Shown here: positions 41,493 to 56,815 of the stretch, piece after piece
Layout: the number at the start of each line of letters is the position of its first letter
How positions within the stretch are numbered: position 1 is the first letter of the stretch
Assembly (NCBI GenBank): GCA_021613535.1
Contig: CP075497.1
Location: 11,966,001-12,030,000, forward strand
DNA: 64,000 nt
Source: Adineta vaga
Lineage: Eukaryota > Animalia > Rotifera
Direction of reading: 5' to 3'
Program-made: the position numbers and the translations under genes
Notes under the pieces: generated by a model
Database searches by the model: none
Told to the model about the DNA's origin: nothing
The model's input: the letters and a program-made list of their open reading frames with translations, nothing else

Positions 41493-44448
41493 ATGGCAAC
41501 AACAATCGATGTATTATTGAAAAATCCTCCAGGATCTCCTCTGGTTAGATTTTCATTATTTATTTTTGCTTAAATAACTTTCGACTTTTATAGAGAATAA
41601 CTGTTGATAATTTAAAACACTTCTTACTCAATGCAAAAAGTCAACGATGGATAATTTGTGAATGGTTTTATTCTGATATTGATCGGTATTGCTTTTTTTT
41701 TGAAAGATATCAAATTTCAATTGTTAATTACTTTTCATGTCATGTTCACCTGCTGCGTAAGGACACTGTGATGAGACAGATTGATTCTAGACAACTGATA
41801 TCATAGGTTGATGAGACTCAATAATTTTGCGATATCTATATCAATGTCTCGTTGTTTAAAATCAAAAGTCATCGACTAGTCGACCCACAATTATCGCTTC
41901 GATATTTTTCATTTTTTGAAAAGGAATAAAAAAAAAGAATTTCTACTGAGTAAATATTATTATCTCTGATTATTTTCTCATAGAATAGAAAAAAAAAACG
42001 TAAGTGGAATGATGTAAGTTATATGCAATATAATCATCAGATGCATGGTTCGTGAAGAAAAAAAAGAAATGGTTATGACAAATATTTATTAACCTTTGAT
42101 CGTAGCTAAACGGTTTTTTGCTATAGAATATTATTTATTCATAATATTTTTCTTCGTAGGTATAAGAACACAGTACGTTGAGATAAATTATAGTAAATAT
42201 TTTTCGTCCGTTGAAGTAAATAACTGATTTGGAAAATGTTCATAGTTATTGTCGATTTTCCTTGATAATGAGGTTATATTTATCAGTCAAGTATATCCAA
42301 TAATATCATCCTGTTTAGGTAGTAATGAAACTGTCAAGTACATATTTTTCCAATATTAATTGGCCTTGCGATGTTCAAGGTTGTACAGGCGAGTTTTCAA
42401 GGTAATACTTTTACCTTTCTCTATTTGAAATCACGCATAAGAAAAAATACCAAAACATAGATATTTTCTTTCTCTGTTCATTTCCATAGACACTGAAGGA
42501 TAAGTAACAAAACCCTTTTCCTTGGTAACTCATTAGATATTTTATATATTTTTTTCTCTTTCTCTTCTTCATCATCGTTATATCGCCGACATAGAAATGA
42601 GAGTGCATACAGAAAAAGTAGTGAAACGTTCTATTCTATTACTTTTCTTGTTTCAAGGTGCTTATTGACAAGTGAAAATGAATTTGAAAGTTGTATGGAA
42701 CATTTTTTTCCGGAATTTATCCATAAGAAACCACTTCGATTGACTCGTCGTCAATGGAGTTTAATTCGACGTCGATTTGGTAAACCTCGAAGGTATAACA
42801 GAAGGAATGAATAAGAAATATTTGTTATTCTTTTTTGTCAATAGATTATCAAGTATGTACCTTGAAAATGAACGAAATAAATTAACTAAACAAAGAAATC
42901 TATTACGAATTGTACAAAATGAAAATAAAACACATTATCAATCGGAGAAAATCTTCTTAAATCATCTTCCATCGATTATCATTTCACCATTAAAACCTGG
43001 TGCACGTGTCATTGGTAGATTTCTTTCTTGTTTGTTCAAAATTTCAATTTAATGTAAATTTAGTTCGATTATTTCGTTCGTCTCAATTCGGTTTATATCG
43101 TGGTGAATTTCTTTCACGAAATGAAAATAATCTCGAGCAATATAAAATTCTATTTGATGATTCAAATCTTGGCTTATTGAATGTCAATGATTATGATGTT
43201 ATGGTAGAAAGAAATCCTTGAATAAAATCAAAACATTCTTGTTTATTATTTAAGTCTGAAGAAACACTCGAACGTCTTGTCCTTGCTGACAAATTAAAAT
43301 TAATTCAATTTGCTGATAAAGATAAAGTATATAAACATTCATCATTTGTTGAAACAGATGGAATTCGTTTTTTTTTTAGAAATATTTGATTAACGATAAC
43401 GACGATGATGATTTACAAACGACAGATGATGAAGAAATAACGACAAAAAAAGATGTAATTACAAAGATACCGGATCGATTGTTATATTTAATTGTATGTA
43501 GAAGTTTTTTTGATTTATTTAAAAAAGAAATTTCGATTTTTAGATTCGAGTATCGAGAATACTTTGTGCCAAACGGGATTCAATTGAAAATCTACGAAAA
43601 ATGAATGATCAAGCTGAATTTGAAGTAAGAATTCAAAAAAAGAAAATTTTAAATAATAAGAAATACTTTTAGATCAGTCGACATATTCCATTAAGTGATA
43701 CTTTTCGACGTGATTATGCACATTTAATTCAATGGTTAGCCAAATTAAATGAATATTTAGCAAAATTTATTGATGAAATTAATACAATCTGTCGACAAGT
43801 ACTAGACCAATTCAAATATATCTTTCACTAATTCTATATTTAGATTGTTACAGATGAACAATTACTCGTAGTATTTAATGATACAAAATTCGTTTGTGAT
43901 AGATCACAACGTATTGCAAAAGATCTGATCACTAAACTTAACGTAAGAAATGTTCTTGAAATACAGAATGAATCATTTGTTTTTCATACAAATAGATTCC
44001 TTCAACAGTTCTTAATCATGAAACGCTCGAATTAATTACTAAACTTGTTGCACTCGTCGTTCAAATGAAAGTTTGTATAATGATTATTTCATTCTCATTA
44101 CTGTTGAATTGATTTTCAATAGGAATTTTCTGAAAGTGAAGGAACATTCTTAGAATTACATGCACTCGATGAAGCCAATGACAATTTTAAAAAATCAATT
44201 CATCCATCACTTTTACCGTATGAAGAAAATTTTGTTGTTTTTTAATCAATATTAAATAATTCTCATATTTCATTGGATATTTTAGAACTTATAAACAATG
44301 TGTCGAAAGTAGTGTAACACAGTTTAAATCAGGTTTAAATAATCGACCAGCTCTCGGTTTGTTACAATCATTTCTTCATACACAACCTGAATTAAATGAA
44401 CAACAGAATAAAAATTCTTCTCTTAATCAAACTTTCTTCAGTGTTTAA
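41493..44448 (+). CDS. LIN9: Lin-9 homolog (DIRP domain; MuvB/DREAM subunit), multi-exon
   Basis: LKHFLLNAKSQRWIICEWFYSDIDRCLL..NEF...LTRRQWSLIRRRFGKPRRLSSMYLENERNKL, followed by a Tudor-like segment (PLKPGARVI...YKILFD). Confidence 0.85.
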
Positions 44449-44532
44449 AAGATAAATATATATATATATACATATGCAGATGTCTCTCTTTTCTAGATGA
44501 AGTAATTGAGCCGAGAGATTTTATTATCAAAT

Positions 44533-47500
44533 ATGCTTTTTCTTCATCAACTTAAAGTTCTTCTATGGAAGAATTTCATTCTCAAAAAACGCAGTCCGGT
44601 AAGTTATCTTTCAAAATTTAATTTCAAATTCAATTTGTTTGCTTTAGTTTGTTCTGCTATTCGAACTTGTCATTCCACTAGTTTTATTTCTTGTTATGAC
44701 TGGAATACGAAAAACACAAGAAGCATCATTTAATCCACAAAGTATGATTTTTCTTTAGATTCGTAAAGAAAAGATTTTTTGTTTTCTTCTAGCTAATTAC
44801 ACGCCGACTTTTCTTGATCATTTTTATCGACCAAAACCACTTCCATCAACAGGAGTGTTTTCAATTCTTCAATCATTCTGTCCCAAATCCGCTCCAAGTA
44901 ATGAGCAAGGTTTCAGTGTATTTCCAAATGGAACGTATGTATGAAAATCGTAAAAGATAATCATAAACTTTTGCTTCTTCTAGATCAACAGAATTGCTCA
45001 CAACAATCGATCGTTTATCTCGTACAAATCCATTTTTTACCCAAGATTTTTCTATGGTTGATATTGATGCATTACCAGATATTTATGAAACGATGATTGA
45101 TCGTCCTGCACTTGTTTTTGATTCTTTACAGAATTTAAGTTCTTTATTTACGAAAAATCTAACAAGAATTTGTTCATTCTTTGTTACTCAATTGAATTTT
45201 ACTGAAGACGAATGTCATTTACTTTTCAACAGTACAACAATCAATCTAAATAATGTAAGAATTCAAAATCAAAAGTAAAGATTTTCTAATCGATCTTTTC
45301 TTTCAGTCAAGATCTAAAAGAGATTTAACAGTAGGTGCACGTTTTGAGGTGATTAGCACGATAAAAAACTGAACTAACTTAATTATTTTCTTTACAACGA
45401 AATATACATTGAATATTTCTTTTAAATAGATCTCAAATATTCTTCCACATTTATTTCCTAAACCATCCAATCGTGAAAAACGTGATATTGAAGATGAATT
45501 TTCTTGGATTGAATATTATTCAATCTTACAATCATCATTAGAACCTATGGAATTTTTGCAAGCGACGATTTTAATATCCAAAATCATTTCACAAAAAACG
45601 CTGACAAATTTAACACGTGATGAAATTCATTTATTAGCAAAAATGCTTAAAGTAAGTTGAACTTTTATTGATGAAAAATTCGAAATAAAAAACAATTCCA
45701 TTTAGATAATCTTATTTCATCCAACTACATTAAAACGTGTTTTTTGTTCGGCAGATAAATTTGATTTAATTTTTCATTTCAATTCGACCGGTCTCAATCG
45801 AGTAAGAAATCAAGAAGAGAAAAGACACATTCTGAATTAATCAATCAATTTTAGACAAATATTCAACAACGTTTATGTAATATGACAGATGAACAGTATG
45901 AAACTCTTTCAAATCTATTAATGAATTCAATAACCGATGATGAATTAATTCAAATCGTAAGAAGAGATTACTTCAAAAAGAATTCTTGTTTTAATTCGTT
46001 TTTACTTTAGTTACAATTAGATCATATTCAAATATCATCAATGATCTTTCAGTTAGATGATTATATTGATAAAGTAAGAATATATCAAATGAAACAATCC
46101 AATGTTTCTATTGAGATATTTTAGCTTGAAAAATATGCATTATTTGAACAAGGTTTGAAAGATTTATATGATGTCGCCAAACTTCTTCGGACAAATTCTT
46201 GTTATATCAATCCATTAAATGATAGTGACACATCAGCATCACCGGCATCACAAAGTTTTTCGGGCAATGTTGTAAGTTGAGATGATATTTATTCAATGAC
46301 GTCAAATCATCGGAGATCATGTTTCGAAAATTTTGCTTCTTTTTTTAGGAATCGATTGTTATGAATAAATTAAAGAATAAAAAAGGTTTTTTTCCATTAT
46401 GGCTTGGAATGCAAGAAGCTATTTGTGGTGTTAAACCTAAAATTAATCCTAATTCACAACAAGAAACAGATAGTGATCAATTTACTGATTTTGGTTTGTG
46501 AATTTATTCATTGAAGAAATAATTTATAATTATTCTCTATTTTAGCTGAATTAGGAATATCTGATAATCAACAGCGGCAATTAGGTCTTTTATTTTATGT
46601 TCTTTATGGAAATTCAATGATTTTATATTCACCAAATTCTTCATTAATTAATGGTGTAATTTCTAAAGCAAATTCAACTTTTGTTCTACTTGATACAATA
46701 ACTCGATATGCTCATGAATGGGCAAATGTTTCTAATACACTTAAAACATATTTTCTTGCTAATGGAACAGAGAAAAAAGTTGAATCATTAAAACGAGTAG
46801 GTCAAAGAAAAGATTCTTATTGATTTTAAAAAACAACGAAATATTTGATTTAGATGAAAAGTTTTCTAATTCAATATGGTCCTTCATTACATCTTGCTTC
46901 CATGGATCGAATTGTAAATATTCTTAAAAATTTAAATGATCCATCGATTGATAATTATATGGAACAAATCACAACAATTGATAAAGCTGCTTGTAGTTGG
47001 AGAAGTCTGATAACAGGAATTAATTTAAATGTTTATAAAGGTTTTGCAGATGAAAATGATTTAGTACAATATTTTCTTCGACGAGCCTATCATGACAATT
47101 ATACAGTTTTAGCAAGTGTAGTTTTTACAAATGTAAATATTAATGATACGAAATTACCACCGAATACAATTTATAAAATTCGACAAAATGCGTCATTGAC
47201 GCCATCAACTAAACGTGTTCGAGATCGCTTTTGGATACCATCACCTGCACCAAATGGATTTCAATATTATGACTTTGGTTTTAGTTGGGTTCAAGTACGA
47301 ATATTCAATGTAAAAACAGAAGTTTTATGAAGGAAATTTTATCTTTTAGGAAGTTATTGATCGTTCAATAATCGATACTCAAGTGGGTCAACCTGTTGTT
47401 GAACCGGGATTATTCTTTCAAGAAATGGCATATCCTTGTTATACCTACGACAAGTAAATTTATCTAAATATTTCGCATTTTCACGAGAAACTCTTTTTAT

Positions 47501-50500
47501 TTTAGTTTTCTTCAAATGATTCAACATGCTTTGCCATTATGTTTAACAATCTCCTGGGTTTATGCCTTTGCAATGTTGACTCAAAGTATTGTTTATGAAA
47601 AAGAAGTACGATTGAAAGAAGTGATGAAAATTATGGGTTTAAATAATGGTGTACATTGGATTGCATGGTTTATAACAATTTTTAGTCAAACAACAGTTGT
47701 GATGATTGCAATAACGATTATTTTACATTATGGAAATGTTCTGATGCATTCAAGTGTATTTCTTATCTTTTTAATTTTTGAAATCTATGCACTTTCAACA
47801 ATTAGTTTTGCGTATGTTCAAACGAAAATGCTTTTCTGAGCGATTTAATTTTTATCAATTTAGATTTCTTATAAGTGTATTTTATTCTAAAGCGAAGATC
47901 GCTGCTGCTTGTTCAGGAATTATTTATTTATTAACATATGTGCCATGTATGTATATATCAATTCGAGAAGATTTAGCTCAAGATACGATACCAAGATGGG
48001 CGAAGATGTTAGCGGTAAGTAGAAAATAATTGATTGGGTTAAGAAAAAGAAGTAGTGAAATCTTTTTTGTTTTTATTAGTCGTTATTTTCGACGAGTGCC
48101 TTTGGAATGGGTGCAAAATATATTGCATTTTATGAAAATATTGGAACTGGAATACAGTTTGATAATATCCGGTTTAGTCCAGTAGAAGGTGATCGATTTA
48201 CTTGTTTTGAAACAGTTCTCTTTATGTTATTCGATACAATTCTTCATCTACTTCTTATGTGGTACATTGAAAATGTTTTTCCAGGTAATTTTGAAATTTA
48301 AAATGAAGATTTTATTGGAAAAGTTGTTGTTACTTAGGCACATATGGAATACCAAAGAAATGGTATTTTCCATTTACAATTAGTTATTGGACTGGTGAAA
48401 CATACACTGAACCCAGTTGGATGAAAAAATTGAAGAAAGTGAAGTTCTTCAATTGGTATATTTGTAAAAAACATCGTATGTCCTATCGATTCGATTGGTC
48501 ATCCTCATCTATATATCAAATAACCAATGATACAAATCGAAATCAAAGTACAACGAAAAAAAACCTCTTGAAAATCAAACAGAGATATGATCGATTTATT
48601 TTAGATTATTTTGAACAAGATGAACACACAACTCAACAAACAACGGGTGTTCGATTAATAAATTTAACAAAAGTGTTTGATAAGAAAAAGATCGCTGTAC
48701 AAAATTTATCATTAGATTTATATGAAAATGAAATTCTGTCCTTTCTCGGACATAATGGAGCAGGAAAAACAACAACCATGTAAGATTTCTTGGATTTATA
48801 ATCATTCATCTCAAGATTCTCTTCTTAGGTCAATTCTAACGGGTTTAATTCCGGCAACATCAGGAACAGCGACGATTTATGATCAAGATATCAATACAGA
48901 TATGGATAAAATACGAAAAAATCTTGGTTGGTGTCCACAACATAATGTTTTATTTGAAAAATTAACTGTTGAAGAGCATTTATTATTCTTTTCGAAATTA
49001 AAACAAGTTCAAAGCAAAGAAATGAAGAAAATGATTGAAAAGTAGATACAATAATTTTTGTCAAGGAAATATTCAAATGAAATCTCTCTCTTTAGTATGC
49101 TATTTGACATTGGTTTAACAGAAAAACGTAATGCAATGGTTTCAACATTATCCGGAGGAATGAAACGAAAATTATCCGTTGCAATGTAAATCATGTCTCA
49201 ATAAGAAATTCATTATTTCGTCTGATTTTTCTCTTTTAAAGGGCATTTGTTGGTGATGCAAAAACAATTATTCTTGATGAACCAACAGCTGGCGTTGATC
49301 CCTATGCACGTCGTGCAATATGGGAATTGTTAATAAAGTTAAAACAAGGACGAACTATTTTACTAAGTAGTCATCATATGGATGAAGCTGATGTTCTTGG
49401 TGATCGAATTGCGATTATATCAAGTAAATATTTCATTGGAATCTACTGACAATGCATTTAATGTGTTTTTCATTTTAGATGGACAATTGAAATGTTGTGG
49501 AACATCATTGTTTCTTAAAACTACATTCGGGGATGGTTATGTCTTAACATTACTTAAAAAAGGTAGAGTGAAATTAATTATCTTTTGTTTGTTTTTTTCA
49601 AACTTTGAATCATTCGTAGATCCATGGATGTCATCAAGAGATGATGTAACATCAATGATTGTTCAATGTATACCAAAAGCTTATCTAAAAGAAGAAACGA
49701 GAAAGTAAATTGAAAAAGAAGATTTCATTCATGTTTTTGTGTTGTCGATTGTTGTGTTTAGTGAACTTCAATATGTTTTACCATTGAAAAGTCGTCAATT
49801 ATTTCCGGAATTTTTTTCGGTACTTGATTCTCGAAAAGAATCTTTATCAATCATGGGTTATGGTTTACAAGATGTTTCATTAGAAGAAGTTTTTCTTAAA
49901 GTAACTGAACAATATAAAAAATCACCAAATGCAGCAACGGTTGAAGCACAAATGAATAATCTCAGTGAAACTTCCGAGCCAGCCACGACAACAACTTCAA
50001 TAACTACTGACATATCATCAACACCGTAAGTTATTTCTTCAAAGAAAAATTCTTCATTCCAATCGATTCTTCTTTTAGAGATTCAACAACACCATCTCTG
50101 GGTCATTATGATCGTGTAACTGGAACTCGTCTTTATGCTAAACAAGCATTAGCTATCATTATCAAACGTTTTATATTCAATTATCGAAATATGCGTGGTT
50201 TAGCCACACAAATTCTACTACCCGCATTTTTCATTACTGTTGCAATGACAGTGGCATTAACAGCACCTGGTTTCGCCGATCCACCTCCGATCACATTAAC
50301 AACTGCAATGTTTTCTCATATGAATTATTTACATACACCAGTATCAGGTTTAAATAGTTATAAATTACGAAATATATCTCAACTTTATTCCCTCAATGCT
50401 AATCCTTATGATTTAACTGAAACAATACAATATCCTTCCGGTCTTGGTTCAACATGTTTATTGAAAAATCCCTATATGAATGAAACCAAATTAACATTCG

Positions 50501-53222
50501 ATGATTTCACTGGATCAAATTGTTATAAAGTTTACAATGAACAGTTTCAACTGCATTCACCGAAAGATATTAATTGGATAGAAATGTTTAATGATCATAA
50601 TATATCTATAAATCGAACATATGAATTAGAAAATTCGACAAATGAGAAATATTATTCACCTTGTTCATGTTCAAAAGTTCAATCAAGATTTATTTGTCCA
50701 TCATTTACACCATCACCATGTTCTCGGTCAATAACAAATGATCAAATATCCAATATAACAAAAGAAAAAAATGAAATTCTCTATTATTTATATACAATGG
50801 ATAATCATCATTTAGATCGATATGGTGGATTATCATTTGGTTTAATTCAAGATTATATTCCTGATGATTATCCAATTAACAAAAAGAATGAATATTTACA
50901 TAAATTAGCAGTAAAAAATACTGCAAGAATCTTTACAAATCATAAAGGTTATCACAGTTTACCATTGTATGTTAATATCATGTCAAATATGATACTTCGA
51001 GCTAATTTACCTCGTGAAAAAGGTCTACCTTCCGCATATGGAATTACTACAATTAATCGTAAGTTATAATTTATCTAATAAGAAGTATGACACGTCTATT
51101 TTTAGACCCAATGAATGAAACAAATAATATGTTGTCTACTGAATTTATTTTACAAGGATCTGATGTTGTTATTTCGGTATTTATCATAGTGGCTATGTCT
51201 TTTGTTCCTGCATCATTTACATTATTTCTTGTTTATGAACGTGCAACAAAATCTAAACATATTCAATATATCAATGGTCTCTATCCATTAGTTTATTGGG
51301 TAACAAATTTCGTTTGGGATCTTTTAAATTATCTTCTACCAGCTGCTTGTGTCATTGTTATTTTACGTTTATTTAATGTTCCAGCTTATGTTGAAGGAGA
51401 AAATTTTCTTGCAGTCATCAGTTTATTTCTTATGTATGGTTGGTCAATTATTCCCGTGATGTATCCATTTAGTTTTCGATTTCGTGAACCAAGTAATGCT
51501 TATATATTTTTGATTGTGATTAATCTATTCAGTGGTATTACATGTATTTATACATCATTTTTCTTGGAAATTTTTGCACTGGGAAGTCCTGCAACATCAA
51601 CATTGAGTGTTGTTACACGAACAATAAAGAAAATATTTAAAATCTTTCCAAATTATTGTTTAGGAAGAGGTTTGATCGACATTGCATATAATGTAAGTTA
51701 TCTATGATGAAACAAACGTTCTTGATAATAAGTCTTTATTTGTTTAGGATTATTACAACTCATTTTATAAGAAAACTGGATTAACTGATCGTATTCGTAC
51801 ACCATTTATTTGGGATATAACTGTATCAAATCTAGTATCCATGGCTATTTGTGGTTTAGTCTTTTGGATTTTAACATTATTACTTGAATATGGATTTTTC
51901 TATACACCATCAATTCCCGATGCTCTACCCTATTCGCATTTAGATGAAGATGAAGATGTTGCACAAGCTCGTCGACAAATTTTAAATAAAACTGTCGATG
52001 ATAATATATTAATTCTATCGAATCTCTCCGAAATGTTATCGTACGAAGAAAACGAAAAAATTAATTGCGGTTAATAACCTTTGTATGGGCATACGTCCGG
52101 GTGAATGTTTTGGTTTATGTGGTGTGAATGGAGCAGGAAAAACGACAACATTTCAAATGTTAACGGGTGATCTTCGTCCGACAGCGGGTTCTGCATACAT
52201 TCATGGTTATGATAGTGTTCAACAAAAACGACAAGTCTTTAAATATATTGGTTATTGTCCACAATTTGATGCTTTATTTGATGAATTAACACCTGTTGAA
52301 CATATGTTATTAATGGCACGTTTGAGAGGCATTCATTGGCATGATGAAAATCAACATGTTCAACAATTATTAAAACGTTTAGATCTTTGTGAATATTTGA
52401 ATATTCCTGTAGGAAAATTATCATTAGGAAATCGAAGAAAATTATCAACAGCAATGGCTTTAGTTGGAGATCCTTCGATTGCATTTTTGGATGAGCCAAC
52501 TAGTGGAATGGATCCATCATCGAGAAGATTCTTATGGAATGTTATTCGACGTTTAGTTAAAGAAGGAAAATCTGTTATACTTACTTCACATAGGTAAGAA
52601 TATTCGATATTATGAATTATTTACTCATTGTATCTGATTTAGTATGGAAGAATGTGAAGTTCTATGTTCATCAATTGCAATTATGGTTAATGGTTGTTTT
52701 CGTTGTCTTGGTTCAACTCAACATCTAAAGAATCGTTTCGGTGATGGTTATACTATTAAAATTCGTCTAAAATCTTCCCTCGATTCTGAATTAGATCAAA
52801 CAATTCTCGATTGTTTTTCATCTAATTTCATCTTAAAAGAACGTCATATTAATATTTTACAATATGAAATCGCTGAACAATACGTTTCATTAAAAGATAT
52901 TTTTACAAAATTAGAACACTTATTAACCAATCATTTAATTACTGATTATAGTGTAACACAAAATACATTGGATAATGTATTTGTCAATTTCGTACGTGAT
53001 CAATGTGATACATTACAACGAACTAATAAAAAATCGAAACGAAGACAAGAACAATTTGATGATATTCTTGATGATACATTTGAAGATGGATCATTCGTAG
53101 CAAGACGATCGACTAGAAATACAACTTCTAATGTAAGTCTGGAAACAATGCCAACGAATATTGCTTGTAATTGTAAAATGAACACAAATCCACTTGAAGT
53201 GTTAGATTGTTCGAAATTGTGA
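44533..53222 (+). CDS. ABCA2: ABC transporter subfamily A (ABCA2-like), multi-exon; apparent 1-nt frameshift near 52030
   Basis: [23 protein letters not shown]-terminus, [21 protein letters not shown]1 GHNGAGKTT / [12 protein letters not shown] / [13 protein letters not shown]2 GVNGAGKTT / [10 protein letters not shown] / LTSHSMEECE. Subfamily is certain; the exact orthologue is less so. Confidence 0.9.
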
Positions 53223-54115
53223 TATCATTTGTATAGATTCAGTCCCATTTCATCGACATTTTGGTTTTTTTCGATGTCATCATAGAGAATGATAAAGGGA
53301 GAACAGTGTTCGGTAGTGATAATTGACAACTAATCTGTTGATGAAACGGGAATATATTTTTTATTCATATCTGAGTCATTGCATTGTTAATCATCGTTCG
53401 TATTAACAAATCGGTTTCTTTTCTACGAAAATACTCTTCGATAAAAAATTTATTTAATTTTTTTTCTTTAAAACGAAAAAATTTCTAATCAAAATATTTT
53501 TCATTCGATTCGAATATGATCTGAACAGTTCAATGACTCATCGTTCATTCATTTGTTTTCTTTGTGCACATTTGCATAAGTGTTCACTTTTTTTTCTCAT
53601 CGTTCCGCTTCGCTGCTTGTTTTGCTATTGCTACGTTCTTTTTATCGAATACTCGTGTATTTTCTGTGCAATAATATTAAAAAAATTGTGTCTTTTTCGG
53701 CATTGTAAGTGTATGCTATGTTGATAATTGTTGTTTTGTTATCCTAAGTCATTCGGTTTTTTTTCTTCATTTGACTTATGGTGCTCATTTATGTGTCTTT
53801 TGTACCTAATAAAACAAGATAAATTCAAGCTGCTATGCACACGCGTACTTTCACGTCAAATTATGAAGAATAAATTTCTATATTCTTTTCTAGGATCGAC
53901 AACGTATAATCGATTATATCGAACTTGAATGTTAAGATGGCGAACAAATAAATATATAATATTCATGCTTTGTCCGAAGAGTTTCGTTTTTTTTTCGTTG
54001 TATAAAAACAAGATTTAATGAAGAGTAAATAACAATAAATAAATATGTCTAGTTTTTTCTTGCAATATTTTATATTTCACTTTATTTTGAAAAAAGTTTC
54101 TAGATTTCTATCAAT

Positions 54116-55037
54116 ATGCAAGCAGAGAAAGTTGCGGATCATATCACCAAATGGCTTAAAGATTATCTTGAACCAAGTCATGCAAAAGGTTTTGTTGTTG
54201 GTGTGTCTGGTGGCATTGATTCAGCTCTTGTTTCAACACTATGTGCTCGAACAGGTGCTCCAACACTTGTTATTGAAATGCCTATTCATCAATCATCATC
54301 TGAGGTACAACGAAGTCAAGCACATATCAGTTGGTTAAAATCAAAATTTTCTAATGTTACTGGTGGTACTGTTGATTTAACTGAACCTTTTGAAACCTTT
54401 AAAAAAACAGTTAATGCAAATGAGATTAATGAAACGAATGCTTATAGTGAAGTCGCATTTGCTAATATGAGATCACGTTTAAGAATGGTTAGTATTGTTT
54501 AATTGTGATATTGAAAAACAGAGAAGGATCTTTTTTTCTTTCATAGGTTAATTTATATTATTATGCTTCACTCAAAGGTTATCTTGTTGCTGGTACTGGA
54601 AATAAAGTAGAAGATTTTGGTGTTGGTTTCTTTACAAAATATGGTAAGAAAAGAGAAGATTTTCGTAATCTATAAGCTTTCTTTAAGGTGACGGTGGTGT
54701 TGATATAAGTCCAATTGCTGATTTATTGAAATCTGAAGTACGTGCTGTAGCTGCTGTTTTAGGTGTTTCACAAGCAATTATCAAAGCACCGCCAACTGAT
54801 GGTTTATTTGGTGATACAAGAACAGATGAAGATCAAATTGGAGCTAGTTATGATGAACTTGAATGGGCAATGAATCATCTCGATTTAAGTAATACACAAC
54901 AAGGAGAAGCAACATTAACTGATCGACAAAAGGAAGTCTTGGAAATTTATAATCAACGACATGCTGCTAATTTACATAAAATGGTGGAAATTCCACGTTG
55001 TGTTATTCCACCAGAATTAAAAGCAAATCAACCATAA
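54116..55037 (+). CDS. nadE: NH3-dependent NAD+ synthetase (bacterial-type, no glutaminase domain), two introns
   Basis: [75 protein letters not shown]. Confidence 0.92.
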
Positions 55038-56647
55038 TCTTTACATGAATCTAATCATGCAAAAATCATCTCTTTATTATGGATCGATGTTTCATCTTTT
55101 TTCAATTAGATTGTCTTTCGTAGTTTTTTTTTCTTTCACATATTCCAGCTTGTCAATGACAAACTATGTTATTTCTTTCGAGAAAAAGTTTTACATTCAC
55201 CTGTTGCGCTGAAAAACAAAGTTTATCTTTGTATTTAACGTTATTATTTATCTAATAAAATCATAAACGTATAACTTGAAATTCGAATTCAACTTTCAAG
55301 TTTGATACTACTGACTCATGTGTGCATTTTAATTCATTATTACATTGATATGAAATGAAAAAAAAGAGAAAAAGGAAAGAAAATAGAATACATCAATGGT
55401 GGCATGGTAGAATAAAACAATAGAAACAATATTATGTACAGATTAAAGATGCAATCGAATGCAAGAAAGCAAAAGAAATAATGTTATAAATAGTCTCGTT
55501 GTAATTATGTATCTATTACGTTTTACGATCTGACTAGACTGTTGACAGAAATTAGAAGAAAGTATCAAATAGGGAGAAGGTCGAAAGAATTAAAAGAAAA
55601 CATCCTTATATGGACATTTATTTTTTATCTTTTCTTATCTAAGATATTTTCTTTTTCGACATTTCCCTCTTACCCTCATCAACTTTTACAATAAAACCTC
55701 TGATTATGCCACACAGATCAGCACGATTAAATAAAGGTGTGAAACAACAACAGCAACAACGAAAAGTGAGTTCATCGTCAGTCATATGTTCTAATCTTCC
55801 ATCAGTAAAGGACGTCCGATAGAATCATACGTGTGATTGAATCATTGAAAAATATTTAGCCTGATCTGATTAGTTTATTCTGTGAATTTGATGGAATTAA
55901 ATGCGTTTCTTTGTGCAACTTAAGTAGTTATGTAAACTAAGACATTATTGATTAATGTCCATTGCCATTGATTGGTTCGGTTTTTATTGATTTCTCATAA
56001 GTAGTTTTATTTTATGAATACGATATTCTGTACAATAGGGTGAGGCAATAATTTTTTTATCTGAAAATGATTAGAGACAAAATAGAAAAAGTTTATTACC
56101 ACAGAGTTATCACAACATTTAATCAATATATGGGATCAATGTTGTAATAACTCTGTACCAATCAAATTTTTTTCTCTTCCGTCTTTATTCATTTTTATAT
56201 AAATAGCGACGCTCATATCCACTTGCACCCATATTTCATTATGTTTTTTGAGAAAGAGAATGTGTAGGATACAGCAACACCCACGATAAACTGTGGAAGT
56301 GTAAGAACTTGAACCTTTTTCCTGAATATTGTATGAGTAGACAATGAAGTAGATCAATCGATCTGGTAAATCTAAACGAAAGATGGATTAGTGTTGAAGA
56401 AAAAAGACAATCAGCAGCATATATTCATAAAATATTTTATTTTCAAAAATTTCATTTTATTGCTATATTTAGAGCACTGACGAGAGTGAAGAAACGTTCG
56501 AACAAAATGCTCAACTTCACTATGAGGCATAAGCTGGGGAATATGATTTTGCGGCAAAATAGTTTTGGAAATAAATGCCTGATGTGTGACAAAATAAAAA
56601 ATTACATAAATTATATTAGCTAAGTTATATACAACTGTATCGATCAT

Positions 56648-56815
56648 ATAGCGGTTTTAGTGGTCTAAGAGGTATAGTTGTCTAAAAGATATAGAGGTCT
56701 TAGCGGTATATACCTCTTAGACCACTAAACCGCTAAGACTGCTATACCTCTTAGACCGCTATACCTTTTAGACAACAATACTTCTTAGACCGCTAAGGCC
56801 ACTTAAACCGTTATA
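56648..56815. repeat. Internally repetitive palindromic (foldback) element
   Basis: Left arm TATAGCGGTTTTAGTGGTCTAAGAGGTATAGTTGTCTAAAAG... is mirrored by ...CTTTTAGACAACAATACTTCTTAGACC...AAACCGTTATA; built from TACCTCTTAGACCGC-like units. Confidence 0.7.

Noticed and set aside
41760-41860. Box C/D snoRNA or hammerhead ribozyme in a LIN9 intron (GTGATGA, CTGA, TTGATGA)
   Set aside because: No properly placed terminal D box or GAAA core with pairing stems.
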